Source: an uncultured Actinomycetota bacterium
GTDB taxonomy: Bacteria > Actinomycetota > Actinomycetes > JAHEKZ01
DNA: 64,000 nucleotides
Reading direction: 5' to 3'
NCBI GenBank assembly: GCA_963718235.1
Contig: CAVQYR010000001.1
Location: forward strand, 1-64,000
Below the pieces are notes generated by a model. It worked only from the letters and a program-made list of their open reading frames with translations. It had not been told where the DNA came from and made no database searches. Position 1 is the first letter of the stretch, and the number at the start of each line of letters is the position of its first letter. A program made the position numbers and the translations under genes. This document shows positions 47,219 through 57,751 of the stretch, one piece after another.

Positions 47219-50099
47219 GGGGGGTGGTGTAGAAGGCGCGGCGGACCGGCTTGACCGGGCGCATCAGGAACTCCGGACGCCGCAGGCCCGACGCGCTGGG
47301 ACCCGGACGGGTCTTGGCCAGCCACTCGCGGTAGACCTCGGTCGACTTCGTCGTGTCGACCACGACGTCGCCATACCGGTCGTCATCGTGCGCCTTCTCC
47401 ACGCGCACCTGCTGGTGCCAGCAGTGCATGCCCGACCAGGGGTCGGGGTGCACGGCGAACGCCAGGTTCTGGTGCACGCCCGGGTCGTCCCAGTAGATCC
47501 GCGAGGAGTCGGGGTCGTCGCTGGCGAACGGCTGCACGTGGTCCTTGTAGCGCAGCCGCCAACGGCCGTCGGGCAGGCGCCCCACGTCGACCAGACCCAT
47601 CACCCATCGGCTGCCCGCGTTCTCCGACGTCCGCCACCGCCCCATGTGGTGCGACAGCGCGATGACCCCGGGCCGGATCGCCTCGGTCGCCCACACCCGC
47701 GCGACGAAGTGCCCGATCTCGGTGTTCACCCGCGCCAGGTCGCCGGTGGCGAAGCCGAGCCGTTCGGCGTCCTTGGCGTTGACCCACAGCGGGTGGGTGT
47801 TGGAGATCTCGTTGAGGTACTTCGCATTGCCCGACCGGGTGTGGATCATCGTCGGCAGCCGGAAGGTGGGCATCAGCACCATCTCGCCCTGCCCGGCGTC
47901 GAGTGCACGGTGTCCCACGTGTGACTCGATGTAACCCGGCGTCGCGTACTCCGGCCAGCCGAAGTCGACCATCGTCGGGGAGAACAGCTCAAGACGTCGC
48001 GACGGCGTCAGCCAGCCGGCCACCTGCGACCCGTCAGCGAGCTGGACGCCGACCGCGCCCGCCTCACCGACCAGCGGCGGCGTGGAGTCCATCGTCGTCG
48101 GCTTGCGCAGCACGCCGTCGTCGTCGGGCTTCGCGCCCTCGAGCTCGGATGGTGTGAGTGCGCGCTCGTCGAGCCGGTACATGTCGTGCCCGAGCTCGTA
48201 GACCCCGTACCGACGCATGTACTCCAGCGGCGTGAGGTCGTGCTGGGCTGCCTTCTCGGGCAGCCCGGGCACCTGGTTGTCGAAGACCCAGCCGTAGTAG
48301 TCGTCGACCGTCACCTTCTCGCCGGGACGGTCGGGCGCCTCGAAGTACTTGCGGATGCCGAGCGAGCCGTCTGGGTCGATTCGCCAGGACAGCTCGAACC
48401 AGAACTCGTTCTCCTCCCACACCTGTCCGGGGTTGGCGTCACGGGTGTCGTCGACGCCCTGCCCGAGTCGCTCCATCGCGACGCGCCGCACGGGCTGGCG
48501 GAAGCCCAGCCACTTGCCGCCGTACTGCTCGTAGGACTGGGTGTCGTGCCGCTCAGGACCGTGGCCCATCGGGAGCACGTAGTCGGCGAACATCGCCGTC
48601 TCCGACCAGGTCGGCGTGAGCGCGACGTGCAGCCCGACCAGGCTCTCGTCGGTGAGCGCCTCGATCCAGCTGAAGCCGTCGGGGTTGGTCCAGATCGGGT
48701 TGTAGACGCGGGAGAAGTAGACGTCGACCTTGCCACGCCCCTCCTTCAGGAAGTGCGGCAGCAGGATCGACATCTCGTTGGTCGACAGCGGGTACTCCGC
48801 CGGCCACAGCTTCTCGTTCCACAGGTCGTGCCCGCCCGGCATGCTCGGCCCGTGCGGGATGAACTTGTTCCACCCGTTCGGGCTGGTGCCACCCACCGTC
48901 CCGACGCTGCCGGTGAGCACGGTGAGGAAGAACATCGCACGCGAGACCATCCAGCCGCCGAGGTTGCCCGCGGTGGCCGCCCGCCACGTGTGCGCGGCCA
49001 GCCGCCCTGCGGAGGACGCAACCACCTTGGCCAGCTCCTCGACCTGCTCGACAGGAACCTGCGCCTCTTCGGCCGCGAACTCGAAGGTGTACTTCGCGTA
49101 CTCCTCGGTGAGCGCGGTCTTGAACGCCTCGAAGTCGTCGGGGGCAGCATCCGGCTGAAGGGCAGCCAGGTAGGTGTCCCAGTTGACCCAGCGCCGCACG
49201 TAGTCCCACGCGACCTGGTCGGTGCGCAGCAGGTACGACGCGACCGCGAGCAGGATCGCCGCCTCACTGCCCGGCCACGGGCTCATCCAGAGGTCGGCGT
49301 GGGCGGCCGTGTTGGACAGCCGGGGGTCGAGCACGACGAGCTTGGCGTTGCCGTGGACCTTGCCCTCCATGATCCGCTGGGCGTGCGGGTTGAAGTAGTG
49401 ACCCGTCTCCAGGTGGCTGGAGATGAGCAGAATGACGCGGGCGTTGGCGTAGTCCGGCGACGGCCGGTCGTACCCGCCCCACAGGGTGTAGCCGAGCCGC
49501 GCGCCCGCGGAGCAGATGTTGGTGTGGCTGTTGTGCCCGTCGACGCCCCATGCGAGCAGCACCCGCTCGGCGAAGCCGTCCTCTCCGGGACGGCCGACGT
49601 GGTAGATCACCTCGTCCTTGCGGTCCTCGACGATGGCGGTGCGGATACGGCCGGCGATGTCGTCGAGCGCGTCGTCCCATGTCACGGGCTCGAACTGCCC
49701 GTTGCCCCGCTCGCCGACCCGGCGCAGCGGCGTCATGATCCGCTCGGGGTCGTTGACCTGGTTGACCGTGGCCGGCCCCTTGGCACAGTTGCGCCCGCGC
49801 GATCCGGGGTGCGCAGGGTTGCCCTCCAGCTTCTTGATGGTCAGGTCGTCGCGGTCGACGTAGGCGAGCAGCCCGCAGGCTGACTCGCAGTTGAAGCATG
49901 TTGTCGGCACGAGCATGTAGTGCTTCTCGACCTTGCGTGGGTGCGCCTTCGCGTCGTTGAGCACGACGTCGTCCCACGACTCGACGGGCGGGAAGTTGGA
50001 GACGGTCTCGCGCCTTCGCAGCCCGAAGTGCTCCGGGCTGTCGGGGCCGACTGCAGCGGCTGCAGGGGCCGCGGGGCGGGGGTCACGGGGGGGTGTCAT
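47211..50099 (-). CDS. Molybdopterin (DMSO-reductase superfamily) oxidoreductase catalytic subunit, no Tat signal
   Basis: 4Fe-4S motif CFNCESAC...NCAKG; NSHTNICS candidate Mo-ligand Cys; ADYVLP; C-terminal bis-MGD-binding domain. Confidence 0.9.
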   Translation of the reverse strand: MTPPRDPRPAAPAAAAVGPDSPEHFGLRRRETVSNFPPVESWDDVVLNDAKAHPRKVEKHYMLVPTTCFNCESACGLLAYVDRDDLTIKKLEGNPAHPGSRGRNCAKGPATVNQVNDPERIMTPLRRVGERGNGQFEPVTWDDALDDIAGRIRTAIVEDRKDEVIYHVGRPGEDGFAERVLLAWGVDGHNSHTNICSAGARLGYTLWGGYDRPSPDYANARVILLISSHLETGHYFNPHAQRIMEGKVHGNAKLVVLDPRLSNTAAHADLWMSPWPGSEAAILLAVASYLLRTDQVAWDYVRRWVNWDTYLAALQPDAAPDDFEAFKTALTEEYAKYTFEFAAEEAQVPVEQVEELAKVVASSAGRLAAHTWRAATAGNLGGWMVSRAMFFLTVLTGSVGTVGGTSPNGWNKFIPHGPSMPGGHDLWNEKLWPAEYPLSTNEMSILLPHFLKEGRGKVDVYFSRVYNPIWTNPDGFSWIEALTDESLVGLHVALTPTWSETAMFADYVLPMGHGPERHDTQSYEQYGGKWLGFRQPVRRVAMERLGQGVDDTRDANPGQVWEENEFWFELSWRIDPDGSLGIRKYFEAPDRPGEKVTVDDYYGWVFDNQVPGLPEKAAQHDLTPLEYMRRYGVYELGHDMYRLDERALTPSELEGAKPDDDGVLRKPTTMDSTPPLVGEAGAVGVQLADGSQVAGWLTPSRRLELFSPTMVDFGWPEYATPGYIESHVGHRALDAGQGEMVLMPTFRLPTMIHTRSGNAKYLNEISNTHPLWVNAKDAERLGFATGDLARVNTEIGHFVARVWATEAIRPGVIALSHHMGRWRTSENAGSRWVMGLVDVGRLPDGRWRLRYKDHVQPFASDDPDSSRIYWDDPGVHQNLAFAVHPDPWSGMHCWHQQVRVEKAHDDDRYGDVVVDTTKSTEVYREWLAKTRPGPSASGLRRPEFLMRPVKPVRRAFYTTPPS

Positions 50100-50108
50100 C
50101 TGGGCTCC

Positions 50109-51626
50109 TCAGGAGAGCGGAACGTCTTGTGCGGCCTTGACGAACACCGACTCGTAGGCGAGCAGGGGCACCTGGACCAGGAGCCCGACCACCACGCCGA
50201 TCCAGACCGAGGCGCCGAGTGACAGCGCCAACCCACCACCCAGGACGACGATGGAGAGCAGCACCGCCCCGTACCAGAAGGTCCTGGCATACCGGCCTCG
50301 CACGATGATGTGCGCGGCCACCTCGGCGTTGCGGGTCGAGTGCTTGCCGCCCAGCTCGACGGCGAGCATGGCCAGGTGAGCGGTGGTCGCCACGGTGAAG
50401 GCGATGGCGACCCCGACCACGGTGCTCGAGGGGACGTCGAACAGGGGCGCGAGCAGCAGCAGGACTCCGCCACCGGCCATCACCGCCTGTGCCTGCAGGT
50501 GCCAGAACAGCACCGGCGACTGCCACAGGTCGCGGCCCTCGGCCTGCCCGAACAGGAAGGCGGTGTAGCCGGCCGTCATGATCGCGGCTGGCACGGCGAG
50601 CCAGGCCATCGCCTCGACGAGACCGTCGGCACCGAACACCCCGCCCAGGAACCACAGTCCGACGACCGCCGCGAAGACGCCGAGGATGATCCCGCCCCAG
50701 ACCAGCCACGAGGTCGGGTTGGGCTTGGTCAGCAGGTAGTAGAAGCGCTCCGGCCGCTTGAGGTCGGCGATCAGCAGGACGGCGGTCGTGGCTGCGAAGA
50801 CCGCCCCGACGAGCGGTGCGACGACACCGGTGAACGTGCTGGGGGCCTGGTCGAGGATCAGCAGGAACGCGGCGAGCAGCACGGCACCGGCGGCGATCGA
50901 CTTGGTCCACAGGTACGTCCACACCTTCCAGCCCCACGGCCGGGGGTGGGCGGTGTTGAGCGTCGTCCGGGCGTTGGTCGTCGGGTCGACCGCGACGTCG
51001 CCTCGGTTCTGCGCGCGCTGAGGGTCGGGCTGGGCCCAGATGTAGGTGTCGTCGACCGGCGCGGCCAAGGGGTCGAGCACGGCCTCGCTGGCTCCGACGT
51101 AGAACACGTTGGGACCGGTGCCCTGCTCGGGCGTACGCGTCTGTACCGGCTGGAGACTGAGGAACGTGCGGATGCCGCTGGTGGGGTCGTCGAGGTCGCC
51201 CATCCAGATCGACTCGGTAGGGCACACGACGACGCAGGCCGGCTCGAGCCCCTGGTCGATCCGATGGGCGCAGAAGTTGCACTTCGCCGCGGTGTGCGTG
51301 TCCTCGTCGATGTAGAGCGCGTCGTACGGACAGGCCTGCATGCAGCTCTTGCAGCCGATGCAGCGGTCGCCGTCGAAGTCGACGATGCCGTCATCGCGCT
51401 TGAACAGTGCTCCCGTCGGGCAGATCGCCACACAGGGCGCGTCGGTGCAGTGGTTGCAGCGCATCACGCCGAACTCGCGCGTCGTCGCCGGGTACTCACC
51501 CTTGTCGACGTACTTCACCCAGGTGCGGAACTGGCCCAGCGGAACCTCGTGCTCGGTCTTGCAGGCGACCGTGCAGGCGTGACACCCGATGCACGTGCGC
51601 TGGTCGATGGCGAAGCCGTACTGCAC
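50109..51626 (-). CDS. 4Fe-4S ferredoxin (NrfC/PsrB-type) fused to an NrfD/PsrC membrane anchor
   Basis: CIGCHACTVAC, CNHCTDAPC, CIGCKSCMQAC, CNFC; DLKRPERF plus about eight TM segments. Confidence 0.9.
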   Translation of the reverse strand: MQYGFAIDQRTCIGCHACTVACKTEHEVPLGQFRTWVKYVDKGEYPATTREFGVMRCNHCTDAPCVAICPTGALFKRDDGIVDFDGDRCIGCKSCMQACPYDALYIDEDTHTAAKCNFCAHRIDQGLEPACVVVCPTESIWMGDLDDPTSGIRTFLSLQPVQTRTPEQGTGPNVFYVGASEAVLDPLAAPVDDTYIWAQPDPQRAQNRGDVAVDPTTNARTTLNTAHPRPWGWKVWTYLWTKSIAAGAVLLAAFLLILDQAPSTFTGVVAPLVGAVFAATTAVLLIADLKRPERFYYLLTKPNPTSWLVWGGIILGVFAAVVGLWFLGGVFGADGLVEAMAWLAVPAAIMTAGYTAFLFGQAEGRDLWQSPVLFWHLQAQAVMAGGGVLLLLAPLFDVPSSTVVGVAIAFTVATTAHLAMLAVELGGKHSTRNAEVAAHIIVRGRYARTFWYGAVLLSIVVLGGGLALSLGASVWIGVVVGLLVQVPLLAYESVFVKAAQDVPLS

Positions 51627-51632
51627 TTCAGC

Positions 51633-51866
51633 TCACTTCTTCCGAATGGTGTACGTGAAGACCGGCCCGGCCGTCTCGCTGGACACGAGCTCGTGCCCCA
51701 TGTCCCGGGTCCAGGAGGGGATGTCGCTCTTCGAGCCGGCGTCGGTGGACTCCACGAGCATCATCTGCCCTGACTCGATCTCGTCGATGCCCTTACGTGC
51801 CAGCAGCACGGGCATCGGGCACGACTTGCCTTTGGCGTCGACGATCTTGCTGATCTCGTCCGACAT
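51633..51866 (-). CDS. tusA: TusA-family sulfur carrier
   Basis: VDAKGKSCPMPV...STDAGSKSDIPSW. Confidence 0.88.
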   Translation of the reverse strand: MSDEISKIVDAKGKSCPMPVLLARKGIDEIESGQMMLVESTDAGSKSDIPSWTRDMGHELVSSETAGPVFTYTIRKK

Positions 51867-51913
51867 GCTTCCTCCCGAGGCTCTTTGGACGGTACCCGTC
51901 GATTCGACGTAGC

Positions 51914-52405
51914 TCAGATGAACAGCTGGATCTGCGAGCGCGACATCTCGCTCAGAGCGGTGGCAGCGCCGGCCGGGTCGCCGAGCCCGGGTCGCATCTG
52001 GTCGGGGCGGATCCCCAGCAGGTCCATGGTCATCTGGCAGGGCCAGAGCTTGACCCCCATCTCCTGACAGATCGCGAAGAGCTCCTCTGGCGGTGCCACG
52101 TTGTGCTGTCCGGCCAGCTTGCGCATCATCCACTGGCCAGCGCCACCCATGTTCAGCTTGGACAGCTTCGCGCGCGAGAAGGCCGGCGGGTTCATCACCG
52201 ACAGCATCTTGGTCATCGGGTTGTCGCCGGTGATCCGGACGTCGTCGCGCACCAGGGGGAACAGCCCCCAGAAGGTGAAGAACACCGTCACGTCCATGCC
52301 GTAGGCGGCTCCCGTGGAACTGAGGATCATCGTCGGCCAGAGCTTGTCGAGGTCACCGCTGAAGGCGATGATCGTCATCTTCTCCTGTGTCTCGGGCTCA
52401 GGCAC
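51914..52405 (-). CDS. DsrE/DsrF/DrsH-like (DsrE2) sulfur-relay protein
   Basis: IIAFSGDLDK, VFFTFWGL, LSKLNMGGAG, CQMTMDLLG. Confidence 0.88.
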   Translation of the reverse strand: MPEPETQEKMTIIAFSGDLDKLWPTMILSSTGAAYGMDVTVFFTFWGLFPLVRDDVRITGDNPMTKMLSVMNPPAFSRAKLSKLNMGGAGQWMMRKLAGQHNVAPPEELFAICQEMGVKLWPCQMTMDLLGIRPDQMRPGLGDPAGAATALSEMSRSQIQLFI

Positions 52406-52465
52406 GGCACCTCCCGTGTTCAGGCGCCCCCACGGACACCGGACCCCACGACCGTAGTTGCACAG

Positions 52466-52556
52466 TTGCGCATATATCAAGGGTCTGAGTCCCCCAAGGG
52501 CTGCGGTCTTTCGCCCTTCCGGTTCGCCGCTGCGTGCATTAGCGTTTGCGCATCTA
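52466..52556. promoter_or_regulatory. Candidate ArsR-family operator half-sites
   Basis: TTGCGCATATAT (52466) and TTGCGCATCTA (52546); same motif at 55325-55342. Confidence 0.45.
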
Positions 52557-52588
52557 CTCAGCACTCGTGATCCCCAATGGGAGGCGTC

Positions 52589-53719
52589 GTGGCGCGCACC
52601 GTGACCCCCACCGAGCTGTTCGCCGAGATCGAGCACGGGCACGTCCCGTACATCCTCGACGTCCGGAACCCCGACGAGTTCGAGAGCTGGCAGGTCGAGG
52701 GCTCGCAGGCCGTCGCCACGCGTAACCTGCCCATCTGGCGGGCCATGGACGCGCTGGAGGAGCTGGCGACCGACCTCCCCGACAACTCGGTGCTGATCTG
52801 CGCCCAGGGCAACGGCAGCGAGCTGCTGGTAGACCTCCTGGCCGAGCGGGGGAAGGACACGCGCAACCTGGTCGGGGGGACGGAGGCATGGGCGCGGCTC
52901 CTGGTGCCGCGCCCGCTGACCGGGCTGCCCGAGGGTCTTCTGGGCTGGCAGATCCAGCGCCCGGCCAAGGCTTGCCTTTCCTACCTGTTCGGCGTCCCAG
53001 GGCATGGCGCGGTCGTCGTCGACCCGGCGCGGTTCCCCGACCCCTACGTCGAGCTGGCCACCGAGCACGCCATGACGATCACGCACGTGATCGACACCCA
53101 CGTGCACGCCGACCACATCACCGGGGGGCCGGCCCTGGCCGACGCCGTCGGCGCCGCGTACTCGGTGCCGATCGAGGACACCGGAGGCCCGACGCCGTTC
53201 CCCAACCACCCGCTGCAGGACGGCGAGCAGCTCGACCTCGGGGCCGTGCAGCTGGAGATTCTCGGCATCCGGCTCCCTGGTCACACCCCCGGGACGACGT
53301 GCCTGCACGTGCCCGGCTACGCGCTGCTGTCCGGGGACACCGTGTTCGTGCGCGGCGTCGGACGCCCCGACCTCACCGGAAAGGCGGAGGAGCTCGCCCG
53401 TGAGCTGTTCCACACCGTGCACGAGAAGCTGCGGCCACTCGTCCCGACCACGCAGGTCCTGCCCGCCCACTGGTCGACGGCCGAGGAGATGAGCGACGAT
53501 GGCCTGGTTCGCACGACGCTTGGCCACGTCTTCGAGTCGACCCTGATGAACGAGGACGACCTCGTGCGTTTCGTCGAGGAGATCGTCACGTCGCTGCCCT
53601 CCGCACCGGCCGTCTACGACACGATCCGCGAGGTGAACTCCGGCAAGCAGGTCTCGGTCGAGGAGCTCGAGGTGCTGGAGATCGGCAAGAACCAGTGCGC
53701 GGCGTCGACCACCGTGTGA
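52589..53719 (+). CDS. Rhodanese + MBL-fold persulfide dioxygenase-like protein
   Basis: ILDVRNPDEF, ICAQGN; CLSYL, DTHVHADHITG, PGHTPG, SGDTVF, PAH. Confidence 0.85.
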   Translation: MARTVTPTELFAEIEHGHVPYILDVRNPDEFESWQVEGSQAVATRNLPIWRAMDALEELATDLPDNSVLICAQGNGSELLVDLLAERGKDTRNLVGGTEAWARLLVPRPLTGLPEGLLGWQIQRPAKACLSYLFGVPGHGAVVVDPARFPDPYVELATEHAMTITHVIDTHVHADHITGGPALADAVGAAYSVPIEDTGGPTPFPNHPLQDGEQLDLGAVQLEILGIRLPGHTPGTTCLHVPGYALLSGDTVFVRGVGRPDLTGKAEELARELFHTVHEKLRPLVPTTQVLPAHWSTAEEMSDDGLVRTTLGHVFESTLMNEDDLVRFVEEIVTSLPSAPAVYDTIREVNSGKQVSVEELEVLEIGKNQCAASTTV

Positions 53720-53732
53720 GCCAGAAGCATCG

Positions 53733-55292
53733 TCACCCCGACGCGTCGTCGTCCTCGGCCATCTGCGCCCGGCACTCCTCGGCGACGTCGTCGGCCAGCA
53801 CGCGACGCACGACACGACGCAGCTGGGGCGGCACCGTGCACAGGTCGGCCTCGATACCGGCGTCGCGTGCCTCGCGCAGCAGCGTCTTGAGGGCCATCGC
53901 CCCGGTCACGTCGAGTCGGCCGAGCCCGTCGAGGTGCACCCGCATCCGAACAGTGTCGGGGTACCGGGCGAGCAGGTTGTTCCACGAGTCCTCGAGGCCG
54001 GGAGCGGACGCGAAGTACAGCACCCCGGACGGGCGGATGTTGAGCACACCCTCCTCGTAGTCAGCCGGCACCTGGATGTGGAGCTCGCGCCACAGGTGCA
54101 CGAGCGTGGCCAACGCGACGCCGATGACCACGGCGAGGTCGAGCCGCGGCGCCAGCACCAGGGTCGCGACGAACGTGATGGCGGCGGTGGCGAACTGCAC
54201 CCGTCCGAGACTCCAGAACCGCAGCACGGGGCGCGGGTCGACGAGACGGAGGACGGACGCGATGACGATGCCTGCGAGCACCGACTTCGGCAGGTTCTCC
54301 AGCAGCGACGCGAAGGGTAGGAACGCCAGCACCAGCACACCGGCGACCAGTCCGTTCCACCGGGTGCGGGCACCGGTCGAGCGGGCGAGGGTACTGCGCG
54401 AGAACGAACCACCGACCGGGTATCCACCGGCGACGCCGGCCGCCAGGTTCGCCACACCCTGCGAGACGAGCTCACGGTCAGCGCTCCAGCGCTGGCGGTC
54501 CTCCGCGGCCAGCTTGCGTGAGATCGCCGCGGGCTCGGCGAACCCGACCAGCGCGATGACGAGTGCAGGCAGGAGCAGGCGTACCGAGTCCGACCACGGC
54601 AGGGACAGCGGGTTCGGGATGCCCTCGACCGACACCGCGCCCACGTCCGGACCACCGAGCCCGGTGGTGGACGACAGCACGAGGGCCAGCACGACGATGA
54701 TCGGGACGATCGGGAAGGTCGCGGGCAGGCGTCGAACGACGAGCATCGCAGCGACGGTGACGACCGAGAACAGCACCGCGGAGGCGCTCCACGAGCCGGG
54801 GTCGGTCAGCGCGTCGAACGCCGCCTGTCCCGGCCGGCCGCTGTCCGGAGGAACGCCGACCGCAGCGGGGACCTGCGAGAACAGGATGAGCAGGGCGGCC
54901 GCGGCGGTGAACGCGACCAGGACCGGCTGTGACATCAGGTAGGCGAGGACGCCACCTCCCGCGACGCCGAGCACCAGGCGGACCACGCCGACGAACAGGG
55001 CGAGCAGTGCTGCCAGGGCCACGTAGTCGGCCGAGCCGGCGTCGGCAAGTCCGGTGAGTCCGCCGAGCACGAGCAGTGACGTGATCGCCACCGGACCGGT
55101 GGCCAGGTACGGCGACGACGCGAAGAAGGCAGCGGCGATCGGCGCAGCGAACGCGGCCAGCAGCCCAGTGGTCGGCGGGAGTCCGGCGAGCGAGGCATAG
55201 GCCACGGCCTGCGGGATGAGGACGACTGCGACGCTGATCCCGGCAACGACGTCACCGAGGACGGGCCTCCTCGGCACGTCACGTGGCGGCAC
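53733..55292 (-). CDS. SulP-family anion transporter with STAS domain
   Basis: DVVAGISVAVVLIPQAVAYASLAG; GSFSRS; GVLYFAS. Confidence 0.92.
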   Translation of the reverse strand: MPPRDVPRRPVLGDVVAGISVAVVLIPQAVAYASLAGLPPTTGLLAAFAAPIAAAFFASSPYLATGPVAITSLLVLGGLTGLADAGSADYVALAALLALFVGVVRLVLGVAGGGVLAYLMSQPVLVAFTAAAALLILFSQVPAAVGVPPDSGRPGQAAFDALTDPGSWSASAVLFSVVTVAAMLVVRRLPATFPIVPIIVVLALVLSSTTGLGGPDVGAVSVEGIPNPLSLPWSDSVRLLLPALVIALVGFAEPAAISRKLAAEDRQRWSADRELVSQGVANLAAGVAGGYPVGGSFSRSTLARSTGARTRWNGLVAGVLVLAFLPFASLLENLPKSVLAGIVIASVLRLVDPRPVLRFWSLGRVQFATAAITFVATLVLAPRLDLAVVIGVALATLVHLWRELHIQVPADYEEGVLNIRPSGVLYFASAPGLEDSWNNLLARYPDTVRMRVHLDGLGRLDVTGAMALKTLLREARDAGIEADLCTVPPQLRRVVRRVLADDVAEECRAQMAEDDDASG

Positions 55293-55324
55293 GAAGCGTC
55301 CTCCCGTCGTCGTCGTCCTCTACG

Positions 55325-55342
55325 TTACGCATATATGCGCAG
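55325..55342. promoter_or_regulatory. Palindromic operator between sulP and arsR
   Basis: TTACGCATATATGCGCAG with core palindrome CGCATATATGCG. Confidence 0.55.
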
Positions 55343-55411
55343 ACTCTGAAGGGTCGATCGGGTCTGTACCGGGCCGTGCCGTCGTACACTGAACGCCGAC
55401 TGGGAGGTGCC

Positions 55412-55771
55412 GTGGACCGCGAGACCGCGCTGGAGATTCACGAGCTGCACGCCCGTATCTGCAAGGCCATCGCTGACCCGAAACGACTGCTCATCATCAA
55501 CGAGCTGCGCGACGGGCCGATGACGGTCGGCGAGCTGTCCGAGGCGTTGGAGATCAGCCAGTCGAACTGCAGCCAGCACCTGGCGATCCTGCGCGACCGC
55601 GGCGTCGTCACCGCCGAGCGGGCGGGCACCAGCGTGAGCTACTCGCTGCGCAGCAAGAAGGTGCTGCAGGCGGTCGACCTGCTGCGGGAGTTCATGGCCG
55701 AGGACCTCGGCACCCGCAGCAAGCTCGGAAAGGCCGCGACCCGCACCCCCCGCCGACTCGCCCGCCGCTGA
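55412..55771 (+). CDS. ArsR/SmtB-family regulator
   Basis: ICKAIADPKRLLII...SQSNCSQHLAILR. Confidence 0.9.
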   Translation: MDRETALEIHELHARICKAIADPKRLLIINELRDGPMTVGELSEALEISQSNCSQHLAILRDRGVVTAERAGTSVSYSLRSKKVLQAVDLLREFMAEDLGTRSKLGKAATRTPRRLARR

Positions 55772-55784
55772 CCCCCCACTCCCC

Positions 55785-55852
55785 CAAGTTGATCATGGAG
55801 AAGATGCGGTCCCAGAGGGTCGAACTGGCACATCAAGTCCAAGATCAACTTG
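55785..55852. repeat. 68-bp palindrome-ended repeat, family B, copy 2
   Basis: Direct repeat of 47151-47218. Confidence 0.85.
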
Positions 55853-55866
55853 AAGGACGGGGTGGG

Positions 55867-56655
55867 CTAGAGGGTGAGGCGAAGGGCGAGGTAGACCAGG
55901 GGCGCGGCCACCAGTACGGGCACCGCGCCGGTCATCAGCCAGCGCAGCCGGAACACCGTGGTCGCCCCGCGGACGAAGGCGTCGCACACACCGACGGCAA
56001 CCCCGCACGCGACGCCGATGGCCACCCCCGTCGCACCCCCGGTCGACCCGTCACCAGCGAGCAGGACCACGGACAGCCACCCGCCGAGGATTCCGGCGAC
56101 CACGGCCACCCAAGGGGCCCACGCGTCCAGAGGGACCCACCGCCCCGCTGACGCGGCGGCCAGGGCGAGCCCGGCCACCCACAGCGGCACGTCGTCGCGT
56201 TGCACCTGAGCCACCACGAGCCAGGAGGCCCCCAACGTCGTCAGGGCGGTCAGCGACACCGTGGCGGACATGCTCACGATCACGCCCTTGCGGTCGTCGC
56301 GCCGGGCCAGCTGTTGGACGACGACGACAAGGAACCCCACACCCAGGACGGCGATCGGCACCTCGAGGGTCACGGAATCCTGGGCCAGCACCAGCGCATC
56401 GGCCACCAGTCCGAGGCCGAGCCCGGCCAGCGCACCGACCACGGGCTGCTCGGCCCGCACACCCAGGTGCCAACCCGACGCCACCAGGAGCTGCGCGGCC
56501 ACCACGACGAGCAGGGCCACCGCCACCGGCGGGGCCCAACGGCCCGTCGCCAGGCCCAGCCCCAGCAGCACCCCGACCAGGGGAGAGGTCCAGCCCACCC
56601 ACTGGTCGACCGAGCGCCGGGCATGTGCGGTGGCGGGCGGGAGGACGTCGGACAC
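55867..56655 (-). CDS. Multi-pass membrane hypothetical protein
   Basis: About eight hydrophobic segments; downstream of moaD; start approximate. Confidence 0.65.
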   Translation of the reverse strand: MSDVLPPATAHARRSVDQWVGWTSPLVGVLLGLGLATGRWAPPVAVALLVVVAAQLLVASGWHLGVRAEQPVVGALAGLGLGLVADALVLAQDSVTLEVPIAVLGVGFLVVVVQQLARRDDRKGVIVSMSATVSLTALTTLGASWLVVAQVQRDDVPLWVAGLALAAASAGRWVPLDAWAPWVAVVAGILGGWLSVVLLAGDGSTGGATGVAIGVACGVAVGVCDAFVRGATTVFRLRWLMTGAVPVLVAAPLVYLALRLTL

Positions 56656-56715
56656 GGGGTGATCGTGCCAGTCCGCGGCCCCCGACATCGAGGTGTCGAC
56701 CGAGTTGGCCACCGC

Positions 56716-56988
56716 TCAGCCGCCCGCGAAGGGGGGCAGCACGTCGACGACGGCGCCGTCGACCAGCTCGACCGACCCCGGATCACGGGTTCCCACCGGC
56801 TGCTCGTCGACGAGGAACGAGCAGATCCCGAGCACCCGGGCGAACTCGGCGTCGCGCGTGGAACGGGCGACACCGAGGGCCACGGCGAGGGTCGCAGCGG
56901 TCACCGACTCCTCGGGGGTGCCCGCCGCCTGGCGCGCCCCCGCCCAGTACCTCAGCACCACCCGCGGACCTGCCGACGACTCAGTCAC
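56716..56988 (-). CDS. MoaD/ThiS-family sulfur carrier
   Basis: [12 protein letters not shown]...[11 protein letters not shown]-terminal di-Gly. Confidence 0.88.
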   Translation of the reverse strand: MTESSAGPRVVLRYWAGARQAAGTPEESVTAATLAVALGVARSTRDAEFARVLGICSFLVDEQPVGTRDPGSVELVDGAVVDVLPPFAGG

Positions 56989-57025
56989 GCCGGATATCCT
57001 GCCCGCACCGACCGAGAGGAGCGAC

Positions 57026-57751
57026 ATGGCCAGGCTGCTCCTGCTCGTCGACCCCGCTCGTCCCACGGCTGAGGTCCTGCCCGCGCTGGGCCTGCTCGCC
57101 CACCAGGTGCGCACCGCCCCCACCGAGGCCACGGCGCTGATCGACGTCCCCCCCGTCGACGTCATCGTGGTCGACGGACGCCGCGACCTCCCCCACATCC
57201 GCTCGCTGTGCCGGCTCATCCGCACCACCGGGGTCAACGTCCCGGTGCTGCTCGTCGTCACCGAGGGCGGCCTGGCTGCGGTCAACGCCGACTGGGGCGT
57301 CGACGACGTCATCCTGAGCACGGCCGGACCCGCCGAGCTGGAGGCACGCCTGCGCCTCACGGTCGGGCGCCTGGCCAAGGACGACGCCGACGAGCTGCCC
57401 GACGTGATCCGCAACGGCGACCTCACCGTCGACGAGGCCAGCTACACGGTGAAGCTGCGCGGCCGACCCCTCGACCTCACCTACAAGGAGTTCGAGCTGC
57501 TGAAGTACCTCGTGCAGCACCCCGGACGTGTGTTCACCCGAGCGCAGCTGCTGCAGGAGGTGTGGGGCTACGACTACTTCGGCGGTACGCGCACCGTCGA
57601 CGTCCACGTGCGTCGGCTGCGCGCGAAGCTCGGTGCGGAGCACGAGCAGCTGATCGGAACCGTCCGCAACGTCGGCTACCGGTTCGTGACTCCATCAGAG
57701 CCCGAGTCGGGGACGAGCGCTCGCGTCGACGCCCCCTCGTCCAAGGCATGA
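57026..57751 (+). CDS. glnR: Nitrogen-metabolism orphan response regulator GlnR
   Basis: EVLPALGLL...VDGRRDL...VTEGGLAAV...[12 protein letters not shown]; OmpR w[27 protein letters not shown]; adjacent to mshD. Confidence 0.88.
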   Translation: MARLLLLVDPARPTAEVLPALGLLAHQVRTAPTEATALIDVPPVDVIVVDGRRDLPHIRSLCRLIRTTGVNVPVLLVVTEGGLAAVNADWGVDDVILSTAGPAELEARLRLTVGRLAKDDADELPDVIRNGDLTVDEASYTVKLRGRPLDLTYKEFELLKYLVQHPGRVFTRAQLLQEVWGYDYFGGTRTVDVHVRRLRAKLGAEHEQLIGTVRNVGYRFVTPSEPESGTSARVDAPSSKA

